Positions 37,039 through 50,129 of a stretch of 64,000 nucleotides of DNA are shown here, in pieces. The translations under genes and the position numbers were made by a program. The notes under the pieces were generated by a model. That model was not told where the DNA came from, ran no database searches, and saw only the letters and a program-made list of their open reading frames with translations. Location of the stretch: contig CM069162.1 of the NCBI GenBank assembly GCA_035221665.1, positions 24,242,001-24,306,000 of the forward strand. Direction: 5' to 3'. This DNA comes from Okamejei kenojei. Its lineage: Eukaryota. Numbering within the stretch: the stretch's first letter is position 1; each line of letters starts with the position of its first letter.

Positions 37039-38355
37039 CAGGTACGGAAATCGTTGTCAAAACATGGCGGGACACAATTTCTTGGCATGCGCGCACACGT
37101 GAGGCTTCGGCCGTGGGCCCTGTCTAGTATCTTTGCTGTGGACGGTAACATCGGGAGCTGACCTGGTTGGTGACCGACTCCGAACTCCAGCAACAGCAGG
37201 ATCATCTGCTCCGAATTCGTGCGGCTTGAATCGGCTCGTTCACGGGGCCTTCCATCCACCGGCAAGGGCTTCAAATCATCGATCGCCTTGACACAGCAAT
37301 TTGACCGCTGGGCGATGGAAGATGAAAAGCCCCACGAACGGGCCAATTCAAGCTCCACTCTATGATCTCCATGACTCTGACTCATTTAAAACCCAACCGT
37401 GTAACTTAATGTTTGGAGTTTTAAATAATCCTAACGTCAGACGGGAGCGGCGCCCCCAGGCCCACAGCCAGCGCAGAGAAGCAGCGCTAAATCCAGCCTA
37501 ATTCTGCCTGTTAACCTACCAGCCTTACCTGGACTTACAGGAACGACGGCCCAGGCTTACGGCCAGTGTGGAGAAGCAGCGCTAAATCGAGCTCAACTCT
37601 GCCTGTCTCACTGGTTTAACCTACAGCCCTGCCTGGACTGACGGAACACCAGTCCGGAGCCGTGGAGCTAGCGCTGTTTCTCCGCGCTGGCTGTAAACCT
37701 GGGCCATCGTTCTTGTAAGTCCAGGCAGGGCTGTAGGTTAACTTGGTGGGACAGGCACAATTGAGCTGGATTTTAGCGCTGCTTTTCTGCGCTGGTGGTG
37801 GGCACTGCTCCCATCTGACTCCCGACGTCTCTGGCCACCCCGGGCGTGGGGGGGAGAGGGGTACTCGGGTGGGGACGGGGATGGTCCAGTGGCGGTTCGG
37901 CAGAGATTGCGGCACCGGAGACCCAGGATCCATCCTGGCTGCGGATGAGGCGCAGGTCTGTGTCTAGGGCTGCCAAGAGTGTTTTTTCGCTTGTGACCTA
38001 TGACCTGGGCATGCAACTCAAGCTCCACTCTATGATCTTTGCTCCACCAGGCCGTCCCCCTCCTCCAATCACCGCGCTCTATCCTCAGTCCCACCCCCCC
38101 ACATCCGCCTCTGACCGACACCTCCCTCCTGCGATCATCGCGCTGAATCATCATGGTCACCCCCCATTGCCTGACGTCTCTCTCGTCCAATTGGCACCCT
38201 CGATCATCAGTCCCATCCCCACTGTCTCGCGGAAAGCGGAGATTTCACCGAGTTTTTAAAATCTGGATTACAAAAAATGGAGGGGGATCGTCCCCCACCT
38301 CTCAAAACAGGGGAGGGGTCATATGTCCCCCTCCCCCCCGGGATTTCCGCCCCAG
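37039..38355. mobile_element. Complete non-autonomous hAT-type DNA transposon (1317 bp, GC/CpG-rich)
   Basis: Perfect 8-bp TSD ATCACAAT (37031-37038 and 38356-38363); imperfect 14-bp TIRs CAGGTACGGAAATC / CTGGGGCGGAAATC; no transposase ORF recognisable. Confidence 0.9.
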
Positions 38356-39214
38356 ATCACAATATTTACTCTTCCACAAATGCCAATCCAAGCACTGCAT
38401 GCCTTAAAATTGACAATTGATGTATGATTTTCCCAAATGAGAATGATCAATTCTTTTTAATCAACATGACTACTGAAGTTTCATTAATAATGATGTGAAT
38501 GGCCTTCAATAGGCAGGTTTCAACAGACCAAGGCCTTATAATAATAACTATAAAAAGTAATTTGTTGTTGAACAGGATTTGCCAGCTGGAAATAATGAAA
38601 AATGGTTTATCTCTGGCTTTACGAAAACTCAGAAAAAGCTAATATTTTTAATTTAACTTCTTATAACGATATTTGATAAACTATTTGACATTTGACTGTC
38701 TAATCTTCGATACATCTTTCACACGTACCCCTCAGCCTTCTTCGCTCCAGGAAAACAAGCTCAGCCTAGAAAATGTCACCTCCTAATTAATGTCCACCAA
38801 GATTCTGGTGAATCACCTCTGTATTCTCTTCAGCACAAGATAGTGTGGTGACCAGAATTATGCCCTGTCCTTCAAGCGTGGCCTAATCAGTGTTTTGTAA
38901 ATGGTGAGATATTTTGCAAGGGATCTAAGCATGGAGTAAAGGATGGTCAAATCCATTTGCAGAATCATGCTTTTGTAATCGGAACAAGAATCATTCTACA
39001 CTGGCCAGAATCAAGTTAGGGTCAAGTCAATTTAATTGAAATATGGGGTCAAGGAAAGCGACCTGCTTCCACCAATCTTTCCACCACTATACACAAGAAG
39101 CACTAGAAGCGTAAGTCGCCATTGTATGCAGATGCCGAGAAGTGTGTTCAGCTTTGGTTGAACAATTTCTAATCTTGTGATGTGGACTTGATAAAAATAA
39201 TTGAAATATGCACA

Positions 39215-39985
39215 AGTTTAGTATGTACAGGTACAATGAAAACCGTGCTAACTGCAACATCACAGACACATAGACTAAAACAACACACGAAACACAGACA
39301 TTCTACAAAACAGTGAAAAAATGACTGCAAGAATAAGACATTAGTGCAAAACACAATTAGAAAAAAAAACAAGTTGATGGTTGTGCATGGGGCTGTTAGT
39401 GTTCCACTGTTGAAGCCGGATTAGGATTGTGCTGATGGGTACAAGACCCTAATGGTTGTACCAAAGGAGCTGTTCCTGAACCTGGTGGTGTGCAACTTCT
39501 ATACCCGCTGGTAGAAGTGAGAAGATGGCATGGCCTGATAGATGCTGTGTACTTGAGGCAGCTCCTCGTGTCGATGCATTTGATTGTTGGGAGAACTCTG
39601 CCCTGAATGAACTGGGCTGAATCCGCCATTCTATATAGCCTCTTGCATTCCTGTGCAATGCAATTGCTGTTCTAGGCTGTTATGCGAACAGCCAGGATAC
39701 TTTCTACAATAAAAGTCTGTAAAGGTTTGTTAGAGTATTTGTTGACATGCCCAATCTATTTAGACCTCAGAAAGTAGAGGCGTTGCATGCCTTCTTCATG
39801 TTTTCCATCTTTGTGCCAGGCCCAGGGACAGGTCATCCGAGATGTCAATGTCCAGGAATTTGAAGTTGCTAACTCTCCCCACCACTGACCCACCAATAAA
39901 AACTGGTGCAAGGTCTCCCGACTTCCCTTTCCTGATGTCAACATAAAGTGCCAGATCAAGGATGTTATGAGGAACCACATTGTTC
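39215..39985 (-). mobile_element. Decayed Rex1-like non-LTR fragment
   Basis: Minus 'APVFIGGSVVGRVSNFKFLDIDISDDLS', 'QRLYFLRS', 'GHAIFSLLPAG', and a 3' UTR ending ..TTTTCATTGTACC. Confidence 0.75.
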
Positions 39986-42048
39986 ACTGATACACACTGA
40001 ACGTCACATGAACAGGTGGAGTTGTGCTCTTTTTTTAAATCGCAGAGTGCATATCTTTATCGGGGAAAAAATAATAATTAATGCTCTTAAAAAAGGATTA
40101 GAAATGGAGATGGGGAGTATCATTAGCTTGGATCTGGATTTAAACCACAATATTAGTGCATTGTCTACACGGCACTTCATTGCAACACATGAGAGGAGCT
40201 TGGTGTTACAGGTACTGATTCTGACTTTCTGTTCAGACAGATTTTAAAATATGCAGAGGCAAACGCTTAAGGAGAAAATACGTTCTTTTGGTATTTTGGA
40301 ATATATTGTCCTCAGCCAGAGCCACCAAAAGTAGGTTAACTTTATATTCAAAACATTTGTCTATAATGAAGTGGCTATATTTAAAATGGCTCACATTTAC
40401 CCAATTATCACTAATCACTATCCTTGATTATAATAGGAAGCATTCAGAGGTTTCTGAATGTCACAATAAAACATTGTATAAATGCAATTATTTTTTATTT
40501 CCCTTCACACCTTGTATTACTCCTACAGTGGGCCTTGGATCTGACAAGATAAAAATTGCTTAAAATACAGATGCAGATTTTTCAGGCTTTCCCTGTATAA
40601 TTTTAGACTGCTGAAACCTAAATCCATTACTTACTCCTGTCATTATTTTTGTGCAAAGTTATTCAATTTTACAATGCTAAAACCAAGATCCTCTGCATGA
40701 ATTAAACCAGGTTTCCACTACTCTCACGAGGAGCAGACAGCCCTCATCCTGACACATAATTTAATATTGTTTAAAAAGACTGAACGTGATATATTTTAAC
40801 CCATGATCATTTCATCATAATCAAGTGAATGGTAACCCAGTGGGAAACCAATTAAATGCTGACATGGTCAAATATTATTAGTGAACTGCTCTGTCTGGCT
40901 ACATGGAGATCTCCAAGCTGTAAGAAGTACGACTGAAATGAAATGCTTCCTTTATTATGTATGCGTTAAGCTCCCTGCATTAATTTGCACGGAGCCATAT
41001 ACCTGAGAATTAACCTTTGCATGGAACAATACCACCACATCATTTTATTCACTTACACACCAACGTGAGAAAGGCAGAGATAGACCAAGATTGCAGGAAT
41101 TTTTTTAATTGAATGGACTAAGGGTGGAGATGGGGTAGATCAAAAATTGGGAAAATCCATATTATATACCACATACCATTTCTGCTGGCTGTAATTTATT
41201 TGTTGACTGATCTCCCTTTCATTAGAACAGTGTTCCTCGATTCGTTTATGCAACATCAGCATGTCGACTCAACATTCTTGGGGCCAAGTTGGGATCACCT
41301 CTCCCAACCTACAAAAACTGTGTCCTGGCTCTATGTTGATCCATAGTGCGCACATGTTTCTCTCACCATCTCCCATGCCCCAGTCACCCTGCTCCTTTTC
41401 TCTCCTTTGTAAGCTCAATTCCCATTCTCGAGTCCCACATTTTCCTTTTATCCCCCTCCTTCCCCTCTCCCCTTCCACCAATATCCTTCGCAATGGGGAA
41501 TGCAGAAGTAGGTCAAAATCCAGTTTAACATGAGTTACCGCTCACCATGCTCACTTCAATTATGATTCCGTACAATGTTTATGAAAGACAACTTGCTACT
41601 TGCAAGTCAAGAGTAGTCCTTATTAGAACAGATAGTGCAGACAAGTTCACTCCTCCATAGAATGGCCCTCTGCATTCACAATACATCGCCATAATAACTA
41701 TCACACGGGTGGGGCCAAGACAACCCCTGACCATAAACCTGCAAGACTATAAATAGTCATCCTCAGGCCAGAGAGTGAAAACATCAGCCAGGCCCCTGTA
41801 CCCTGGTTTTCATTATCTTTTAACTACCAGTGGAGCAGTGGGTTTGTGAAAAACAAGTGAGGACAAGGTTAAATCTTGCCACAAAAGCAAACGATCGAAT
41901 TGTATGCTATCTCTCAAAGCTGCGATTTACACAAACAGGCATGTGGAAGCCCAGCAAGAATCTACTGCAGCACTTTGTAAACCAGCATCTGAAGTTCCCT
42001 GTGTCTTCAAGAATCTGCTACTAAATCACTAGCACTAGTCAGGACCTG

Positions 42049-43250
42049 TAACCATATAACCATATAACAATTACAGCACGGAAACAGGCCCTCTTGACCC
42101 TTCCAGTCCGTGCCGACCATTTGTTTTCCCCTAGTCCCATCTACCTGCACTCAGACCATACCCCTCCATTCCCTTCCCATCCGTATACCTATCCACTTTA
42201 CTTTTAAATGTTAAAATTGATCCTGCCTCCACCACTTCTGCTGGAAGCTCATTCCACACAGCCACCACCCTCTGAGTAAAGAAGATCCCCCTCACGTTAC
42301 CCCTAAACTTCTGTCCCTTAATTCTCATGTCATGCCCTCTTGTTTGAATCTTCCCTACCCTCAATGGGAAAAGGCTTATCCACGTCAACTCTGTCTATCC
42401 CTTTCATCATTTTAAAGACCTCAATCAAGTCCCCCCTTAACCTTCTGCGCTCCAAAGAATAGAGACCTAACTCTTTTGTTCAACCTTTCTCTGTAACATA
42501 GTTGCTGGAACCCAGGCAACATTCTAGTAAATCTCCTCTGTACTCGCTCTATTTTGTTGACATCCTTCCTATAATTAGGCGACCAAAATTGTACACCATA
42601 CTCCAGAATTGGTCTTACCAATGCCTTGTACAATGTTAACATTACTTTCCTACTCCTATATCCAATGCTCTGATTTATAAAGGCCAGCACACCAAAGGCT
42701 TTCTTTACCACCCTATCTACATGCGATTCCACCTTCAGGGAACTATGCACAGTTATTCCTATAGATCTCTCTGTTCCACAGCATTCCTCAATTCCCTACC
42801 ATTTACCATGTACGTCCTATTTTGATTTGTCCTGCCAAGATGTAGCACTTCACACTTATCAGCATTAAACTCCATCTGCCATCTTTCAGCCCACTTTTTC
42901 AAATGGCCCAAATCTCTCTGTAGACTTTGAAAATCTACTTCATTATCCACAACGCCACCTATCTTAGTATCATCTGCATACTTACTTATCCAATTTTCCA
43001 CCCCATCATCCAGATCATTGATGTACATGACAAACAACAGTGGACCCAACACAGATCCCTGAGGCACCCCACTGGTCACCGGCTTCCAACCTGACAAACA
43101 GCCATCCACCATTACTCTCTGACATCTCCCATTCAGCCACTGTTGAATCCATCTTGCTACTCCACCATTAACACCCAAAGATTGAACTTCTTAACCAACC
43201 TTCCATGGGGAACCTTGTCAAAGGCCTTACTAAAATCCATATAGACAACA
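42049..43250 (-). mobile_element. Relatively young CR1 LINE, 5'-truncated (RT and 3' UTR)
   Basis: 'DFSKAFDKVP', 'VTSGVPQGSVLGPLLFVMYINDLD...SKYADDTKIGG', 'LYKALVRPILEYGVQFWSP'; octamer tail (ATATGGTT)n. Confidence 0.95.
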
Positions 43251-43959
43251 GTTTAAGGCACAGTTGTGAAATTAGTTATGTTTGTTAGATGCATTTGACA
43301 CACGATGATACTTCAACTTTAAGGGAAAGACATTGATTTATGTGGCACCCTAATCTAATCTCAGTTTTGTTTTTACACATTTTAATTGCATTAATTATAC
43401 AAGGAGCAGTTTAGTGGGTAAACACTGTAATTTTGGAAATGATTTTTTCTGCCCAAGGAAATTTGACATCTCCCTGCTCTTCAAATACTGCCAGGGCATC
43501 ATTCACAAAGCAGAAATCTTAAGTTTTTAGGTTCAACATCCGAATGAACAGTTATCTCGTTGAATACAGGAATCTACCAATATTACCCAAGTGGAACAAC
43601 ATAACATGTGGAAATTGAGATTTCTGAGGGAGCTGAAATATGCATTAAAGTTGTCACAACAATGTTCTGTGCCAGCAAGTAAACAGATCAGTTAATTGGA
43701 TGTGACAAATGATCTATACTGAGCAATATAGTAAGGAAATCATAATTCCACGGGAAAAGCATTGGTGTGACTACACTTGGAAAGGTGTTCTATCCACCAC
43801 AGTATTGAAATTTTAGTTAAACATTTGTAACATTTCAAATGTTTAATGGATGCAGAAGAGAGTATGCAGAATAACTGAAGCGATGGGGGAACTGGGTGAT
43901 AAGGATCATTTCCATACTGGAAAAGAGGTATAACATTGTTTTACAATTTGAAAAGGTAA

Positions 43960-44520
43960 CATGAACATAAGAAATAGGAGGATTTCACCGTTCAGCTTTC
44001 TCCACCATTCAATGAGATCAAGGGTGATCTTTTGTACGTGTGCCACTTCTCTGCATTAGGAACATGGAAAAATAGGTGCAGGAGTAGGCCATTCGGCCCT
44101 TTGAACCAGCACCACGATTCAATACGATCATGACTGATCAACCAAAATCAGTACCTCGTTCCTGCTTTTTCCCCCATATCTCTTGATTCCGTCAGCCGTA
44201 AGAGCTAAATCTATCTCTCTCTTGAAAACATCCAGTGAATTGGCCTCCACTTACTTTTGTGGCAGAAAATTCCACAGAATCACAACTCTCTGGGTAAAAA
44301 CGTTTTTCCTCATCTCAGTCCCAAATGGCCTACCCCTTATTCTTAAACTGGACTCCCCCAATATCAGGAACATTTTTCCTGCATCTAGCCTGTCCAATCC
44401 CTTAAGAATTGTATATGTTTTTATGAGATTACCCCTGTATCCTTTGATTCCCATAATATTTAAAAAGTTATTGATTTCTATCTTGGACGTAGTCAGTGTC
44501 CAGGTCTCCACAGCCCTCGA
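43960..44520 (-). mobile_element. CR1 3' fragment (44060-44430) nested in an older CR1 tail
   Basis: 'GNLIKTYTILKGLDRLDAGKMF...RIRGRPFGTEMRKNVFTQRVVILWN'; flanked by older tail-like sequence. Confidence 0.8.
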
Positions 44521-45930
44521 ACACATACAATCTTGATGTATTTGTGTCAGATATTATTTCTTTGGGATCCATTTGATAGACATATTGCAACACAAAATAC
44601 CTCCACCATTGGGGTAAAAAATAAAATTCGTAGTGTCTTTGAAATCTATTTAGAAAGAAAAATATTAAGGGCTAATACTGCAGCCTATTTGGCCCATGCA
44701 ACAAAAGATTAATTTTCAGCACATTATGCCTTGATCTGTGGAAAACTAATTGATGCAGAATGGTTGCTGTGATTATTAAACTGCTCCGTTATTCTACTAT
44801 GGATGTTGATGAGGGCTAAAGATGTTTTTACCAGCAATCCTTATGTTTCTATAGACTTGAAATGTTAACAGATTCAGTTCACAAGAAGGAACCAAAGCCA
44901 TCTAACTCAGAGATTGCACAGGATATGAATACAAGTTATTTTGCAAAATTCCTTCATGCACTCTGCTAGTTCTTGGTGATGCTGCTGCTTAAAATATTTA
45001 TTGATTAAAATATATCCCACGTCATCTCTTTTGCATTGCTTCAGCATTACAATCCTGTCTTATTCAATAGAGCGAGAAATAACAGATAAAGCACAAGCAT
45101 TTTTCTTTCCAAAGGAGATATCTACGTTGAATTTTTGGAATCAGAACTTTCCATTTTCACTTCTGAAATGTAGTTGATAAAATGGCAAGCGATGGTTGGA
45201 ACATCCAGAATAACACCGATATTATATCTTTAATGTAGTAACATATATAAAACTCTTCACAGTAGCATTTTCACACAAGATTAGTCACTGAATCAAATGA
45301 AGAGATTGGGGGAAAAAGGATGAGCAAAATATTGATCAAACATGCAGGTTTTCAGCAGCATCTTAAAAAAGGCAGAGATAGAAAAGTGGGACATTGCAGT
45401 GAAGAAATTCCAGCGGGTCTAAACTGCTGAAAGAATAGCCACCAAATGGTGGAGAAATGAACTTTGAGACTGCACATGAGATTGAGTTGGAGTTGATAGC
45501 TTGGAGGGCTTGAAGGTATCACAGAGAGAGAGAGAAGAGCAGGCCCACAGTGGGAGGTGAAAATAAGAATGAGAATGTTCAGAATCAGGCCTTTTTAGAC
45601 TGGAAGCAATGAAAGTCAGCATGCACTGAAGCGATAAATTGGATTTGCAATTTGGAGATCGGCAACTATGCTTTGGATAAGGTCAAGTTACAGAGGGCAC
45701 CACAATAGGATAGGTATTGTTGAATCTGGAGGTAACAACGGAATGGACAAGGTTTCAGCAGCATGAGGTGAAGCAGAGTCGAGACACTGCAGTAAGTAAT
45801 TTCAGCAAATCAAACCACTGTTAAAGCTGGATTACTATTGGAATTCAGATAGTCTGCAAAACCCAAAACATGTAGTCAAAGACAGAAGGTTAAAATAAGA
45901 ATCATGTGTAAAAGAGCAAAAAAAATAGGA

Positions 45931-46081
45931 GAATACAGAATAGGAGAAACCCGTCTGAAGAAGGGTTTCGGCCCGAAACGTTGCCTATTTCCTCCGCTCC
46001 ATAGATGCTACCTCAGCCGCTGATTTTCTCCAGCAATTTTGTCTACCTTCGATATTCCAGCATCTGCAGTTCCTTCTTGAA
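45931..46081 (+). mobile_element. Solo Penelope-type terminal repeat with 14-bp TSD
   Basis: CAAAAAAAATAGGA duplicated at 45917-45930 and 46082-46095. Confidence 0.85.
45955..45982 (+). ncRNA. Minimal type I hammerhead ribozyme motif (Penelope-associated), predicted
   Basis: CUGAAGA A GGGU-UUCG-GCCC GAAA CG UU: conserved core, stem II capped by UUCG, palindromic ACGU in place of a normal stem III. Confidence 0.7.
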
Positions 46082-46133
46082 CAAAAAAAATAGGAATGAT
46101 TATCTGCATCTCAATACTGGTGATTTTTGATTT

Positions 46134-46171
46134 TAGGTCTGAAGAAGGGTCTCAACCCGAAACGTTGCCTA
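46134..46171 (+). ncRNA. Minimal type I hammerhead ribozyme motif (second tandem copy), predicted
   Basis: UAGGU CUGAAGA A GGGU-CUCA-ACCC GAAA CG UU GCCUA; stem I UAGGU/GCCUA. Lies in a terminal repeat extending to ~46234. Confidence 0.7.
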
Positions 46172-46494
46172 TTATCCTTCGCTCCATAGATGCTGCCTCA
46201 CCCGCTGAGTTTCTTCAGCATTTTTGTCTACCTTAGAATGTTCAATGTTCATTTGGTTCAGGCATTGTTGTAAAGGGAAGGGGAAACTGTTACAGCCAAC
46301 GATAGAAAATCATGAATCTTTCAGGAATATATATTGTTCCCTTATTAATACAAAAAAAGTGCATGTATGCTGAAAGACATAGACTAACAGAATGTAAATT
46401 CACACTTTGGGAATTAATGTGTAGATTTAAAATATACGGGACAGAGAGTAACGTACGTATAAGAGAACTGTCTGACAGGCAGGAATAACATAGT

Positions 46495-46810
46495 TCTCAT
46501 ACTAAAGGCACGTAGTGACTAGTGGGTACCGCAGGGATTGAATCTTAGACCATGGCTTTTCAGAATATATATTATGGCTTAGATGAGGGAATTAATGGTA
46601 ATATCTCCAAGTCTGTGGATGACACAAAGCTGGACGGGAGCATGAGCTGCAAGGAAGATCCAATCTGATTTGGACAGGTTTAGTGAGCTGGTAAAATAAG
46701 TGTGATATGGATAAATCTGAGGGTCTCCACTTCAGAAACAACGGGAAGGCAGAATATTATCTGAACATCAATAGACAAGGAAAGGGGGAGATACAGTCAG
46801 GCCGGGATCT
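46495..46810 (+). mobile_element. Old CR1 RT relic
   Basis: GTGACTAGTGGGTACCGCAGGG ('VTSG.PQG'), ATCTCCAAGTCTGTGGATGACACAAAGCTG ('ISK.VDDTKL'). Confidence 0.7.
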
Positions 46811-47574
46811 TGAAGATAGTAAGGATGCAGATACAGCAAATGTTGGAAATCTGAACTAAAAGTCATTGAATGCATTTAATGTACAGAAGGTGATGAAGAG
46901 TTTTTCAACTCAAAATGTAAACTCTGTTCCTTTTCCACAGATACTGTTTTACCTGTTGCTTTTATCTGATGCAGCAGGCAGTTAAGATGATAAAAGGTAA
47001 GTTACCCTTTATCGATGGACAATTTGGCTTCCGGAGCAGGGATGTCTTGCTGCATGTTAAAGGACTTGTTATTACCACACCTTGAGTATTTTGTGTGCAT
47101 TTGCTCTCCAGATCCGAGGATGGATGTTCTTCCAATAGAAGAAGCAGCAGCAAAGGTTTTGAGATGAATTCCTCAGATGGCAGGACTAAGGTATGAAAAG
47201 AGATGGAGACAATTATGCTTATATTCATTCTAGTTGAGTAGAAAGAGGAGGGGACCTCATTAAAAATTATAACAACTGATGGACAGGCTAGGTACAGGAA
47301 GACTGTTCCCTGGTGTTATCGACCAAGGATCATTTAGAACAAAAATGCGGAAAAAGCATGTCACCCACAGAGTAGTAAATGTATAATATTGTCTAGCATG
47401 GCCGGCAGCAAATGTCAGATCATTAAGTATAGTCAAGGGGACTTGAATTATATTTTTCTGTCCAATAATTTAAACCATTCGGCAAAAGTATTTAAAATGT
47501 TGGGAAGGGGAATTCTGCAAATATTATTTCGCGGCTCAGCTTCACCCCAACCTGTTCCTTTTCCAATGAATATA

Positions 47575-48272
47575 AACACCTACGTGGCAAACCTTCGCTC
47601 AGCCCGCCTGAACCAACCTGATCTCTCGGTTGCTGGATACTTTAATTCTCCTTCCCATTCCTACACACACCTTTCTGTCCTAGGTCTCCTCCATTGTCAG
47701 AGTGAGGCTAAACACAAATTGGCGGAACAGCATCTCATATTTCACTTGGGCAGCTAACGGCCCAGTGGTATGAAGATTGATTTCTCTCACTTCAGGTAGT
47801 CCTCTCTGAAGGCTCTGAGAGGATTCCCTCTCTCTCTCTCCATCCATCCCCCACCCAAGTCGCACGAGCTTCTCATTTTCACCTAATAAACAGATAACAA
47901 AGGCCTGTTTCCTTTACCTTCCTGACTTCCTTGCATATCTTTCATTCATTGTTCTTAATCGTTCCACATCACCATCTAATTAGAGACATAGAAAATAGGT
48001 GCAGGAGGAGGCCATTCGGCCCTTCGAGCCAGCACCGCCATTCATGGCTGATTGTCCCCTATGAATAACCCGTGCCTGCCTTCTCCCCATATCCCTTGAC
48101 TCCACTAGCCCCTAGAGCTCTATCTAACTCCCTCTTAAATCCATTTTCTCTTGTTTTCCTTACCCCTAAACAGTCTGAAGAAGGGTCTCGACCCGAAACT
48201 TCACCCATTCCTTCTCTCCAGAGAAGCTGCCTGTCCCACTGAGTTACTCCAGCTTTTTGTGGCTATCTTCTG
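47575..48272 (+). mobile_element. Penelope-like 3' fragment interrupted by a CR1 tail (47980-48145, minus)
   Basis: 'NLRSARLNQPDLSVAGYFNSPSHS...LSVLGLLHCQSEAKHKLAEQHLIFHLGS' (GIY-YIG C-terminal part); terminal repeat at 48172-48272. Confidence 0.85.
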
Positions 48273-49368
48273 GCAAACCTGTAATTTGAATTTAATTTGG
48301 GTAAGTGCAGTAAGGGCAACCTCAGAGTTGACTGACTGTGGTAGCATCCGAGGCCAACTTGCCCATACATTGTTCAACATTGATTGAACGCAATTCCTTG
48401 ACTATTTCAAGAACACACAGTCGTTTCCTTCGCCTAAAATATTCGGTGTCATTTTCCATCTTTCTATTTTCTTTACATGTGTTCTCCTTGTCTTTCGTTA
48501 TTTGTACTCCAATTTGTCGCGATTATAAAGCCGCTGAGCATAGTTTGAGAACATTTATGAAATAAAGACGAGTTAATCTTATTTTCCTTGCAATAAAATG
48601 GGAGACTGCATTCGCAAATTTAGGTGCAAGACAGTGTCACATGGCAGAGCACACACAAAGTTCAAACCAAGCAAGACAAGAGAGGTCAATTGTCAGCTCG
48701 ATTATCCCCACATTTGATAATCATCCAGTGACCTCTGCTGCAAATTACATGCCCATAAACATCAGTTGAAGGCACGTTAGAACTGGGCTGCGATGCTTTC
48801 AGCAGGTGAATAACCAATGCTACTCACTGTTTAAATGAGACATAGGCACTCTGCCAAGCTATTGGACTAGCTCCTTAGAATCGTAACGAAAATAAAAATG
48901 CTGAAATATTCAGCAAGTTCAGCTGCATTCTTGGGAAGAGAACAGTTAACATTTCAGGTCAAAGACCGTTCGTCAGAACTGGGAAGGAAACAAAAAATGT
49001 TTGTCAAATTGCAGGGAAGGTGGGGAAGGGGTGGGATTGGGTCCCAATAGAATAAAATATGGATGACCATTGGGATAATCAGTAAATAAGACTGGTCAAT
49101 GAGTGAATGGGAGCTTAATCCCATTGTCACCCAGGTTTTAACCACATCAGAGACATTTACCCCCTCCAATGTCCCTGCAGTTTAATAAGCTTTTGTCTTC
49201 TTCCAGGTTATTAAGAAGCATCTGTGACCTGAAACAGATGCAGCCTGACCTGCTGTGTAATGCCAGCATTTTGTTTTATTTTAGATTTCCTGCTTTAAAA
49301 AAAAAAAATCGGTGAGAACTATATTCCGGGAGCAAAATCTGAGGGAAAGACAGAGGAGGTGAGAATTG

Positions 49369-49693
49369 TTTTTTTTTTTTTTTAATATTTTTATTTATTA
49401 GAAGCAAGTGTACAAAAATAAAACCAACGGCATATAAAATTATCCAGTTATTGTACAGCTTCCCTTTTAACTTTTCAGCTATAGTTGGAAGAAAGGAAAA
49501 GAGAAAAAGCAAGAGAGAGAGAAAAAGTGAGATGTGCAAAGATAGAACCCCTAGACTACCAAATTGGCGGATCCAAAGAGTGAATAAAAGAGAAATAGAA
49601 AAAATAAAAAAAATAAAAGGACAAAAAGAGAAAGAAAGATAAAAGTGGTGATATACCTGCCTCACATCCCTCCCCGCCCACCTCACCCAACCC
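49369..49693 (-). mobile_element. 5'-truncated polyadenylated retroposon (L1/Tx1-like 3' UTR)
   Basis: 15-bp TSD AGGAGGTGAGAATTG (49354-49368 / 49694-49708); poly(A) tail with upstream AATAAA on the minus strand. Confidence 0.85.
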
Positions 49694-50129
49694 AGGAGGT
49701 GAGAATTGATCGCAACTTATTTTGAAAACACCATGAAAAGCCCTATAGCAACTTTGATCACCGGAATTATTTGGAAACAGTAAGTTGAATAGAAAAAATT
49801 AAAACATTTCAGATAATCCAATCCTGACTCATCTTCAGGGAGTGATAAAATGGCACAGATTCAAATTGCATGGTGAAGGAAACTGCAGGAGTGTAGAGAA
49901 ACAGCTGTGAATTACAACACATCACTCTACTAAATGGGAAGCACCGAGTTGAATGGGCTGCTTCTTCACTGTATAGTTCAATTGTATGGTTACCACAGCA
50001 ATACCTTGTGACATAAATCATTCGTAAAACATTTCATTCGCCCTATTTCACATGCAAAAACTTGCAACAAAAACTGTTCTTCATTATACCTGCGTTTTCA
50101 GCCAAAACGACATCACTCCCAGAACAGAC

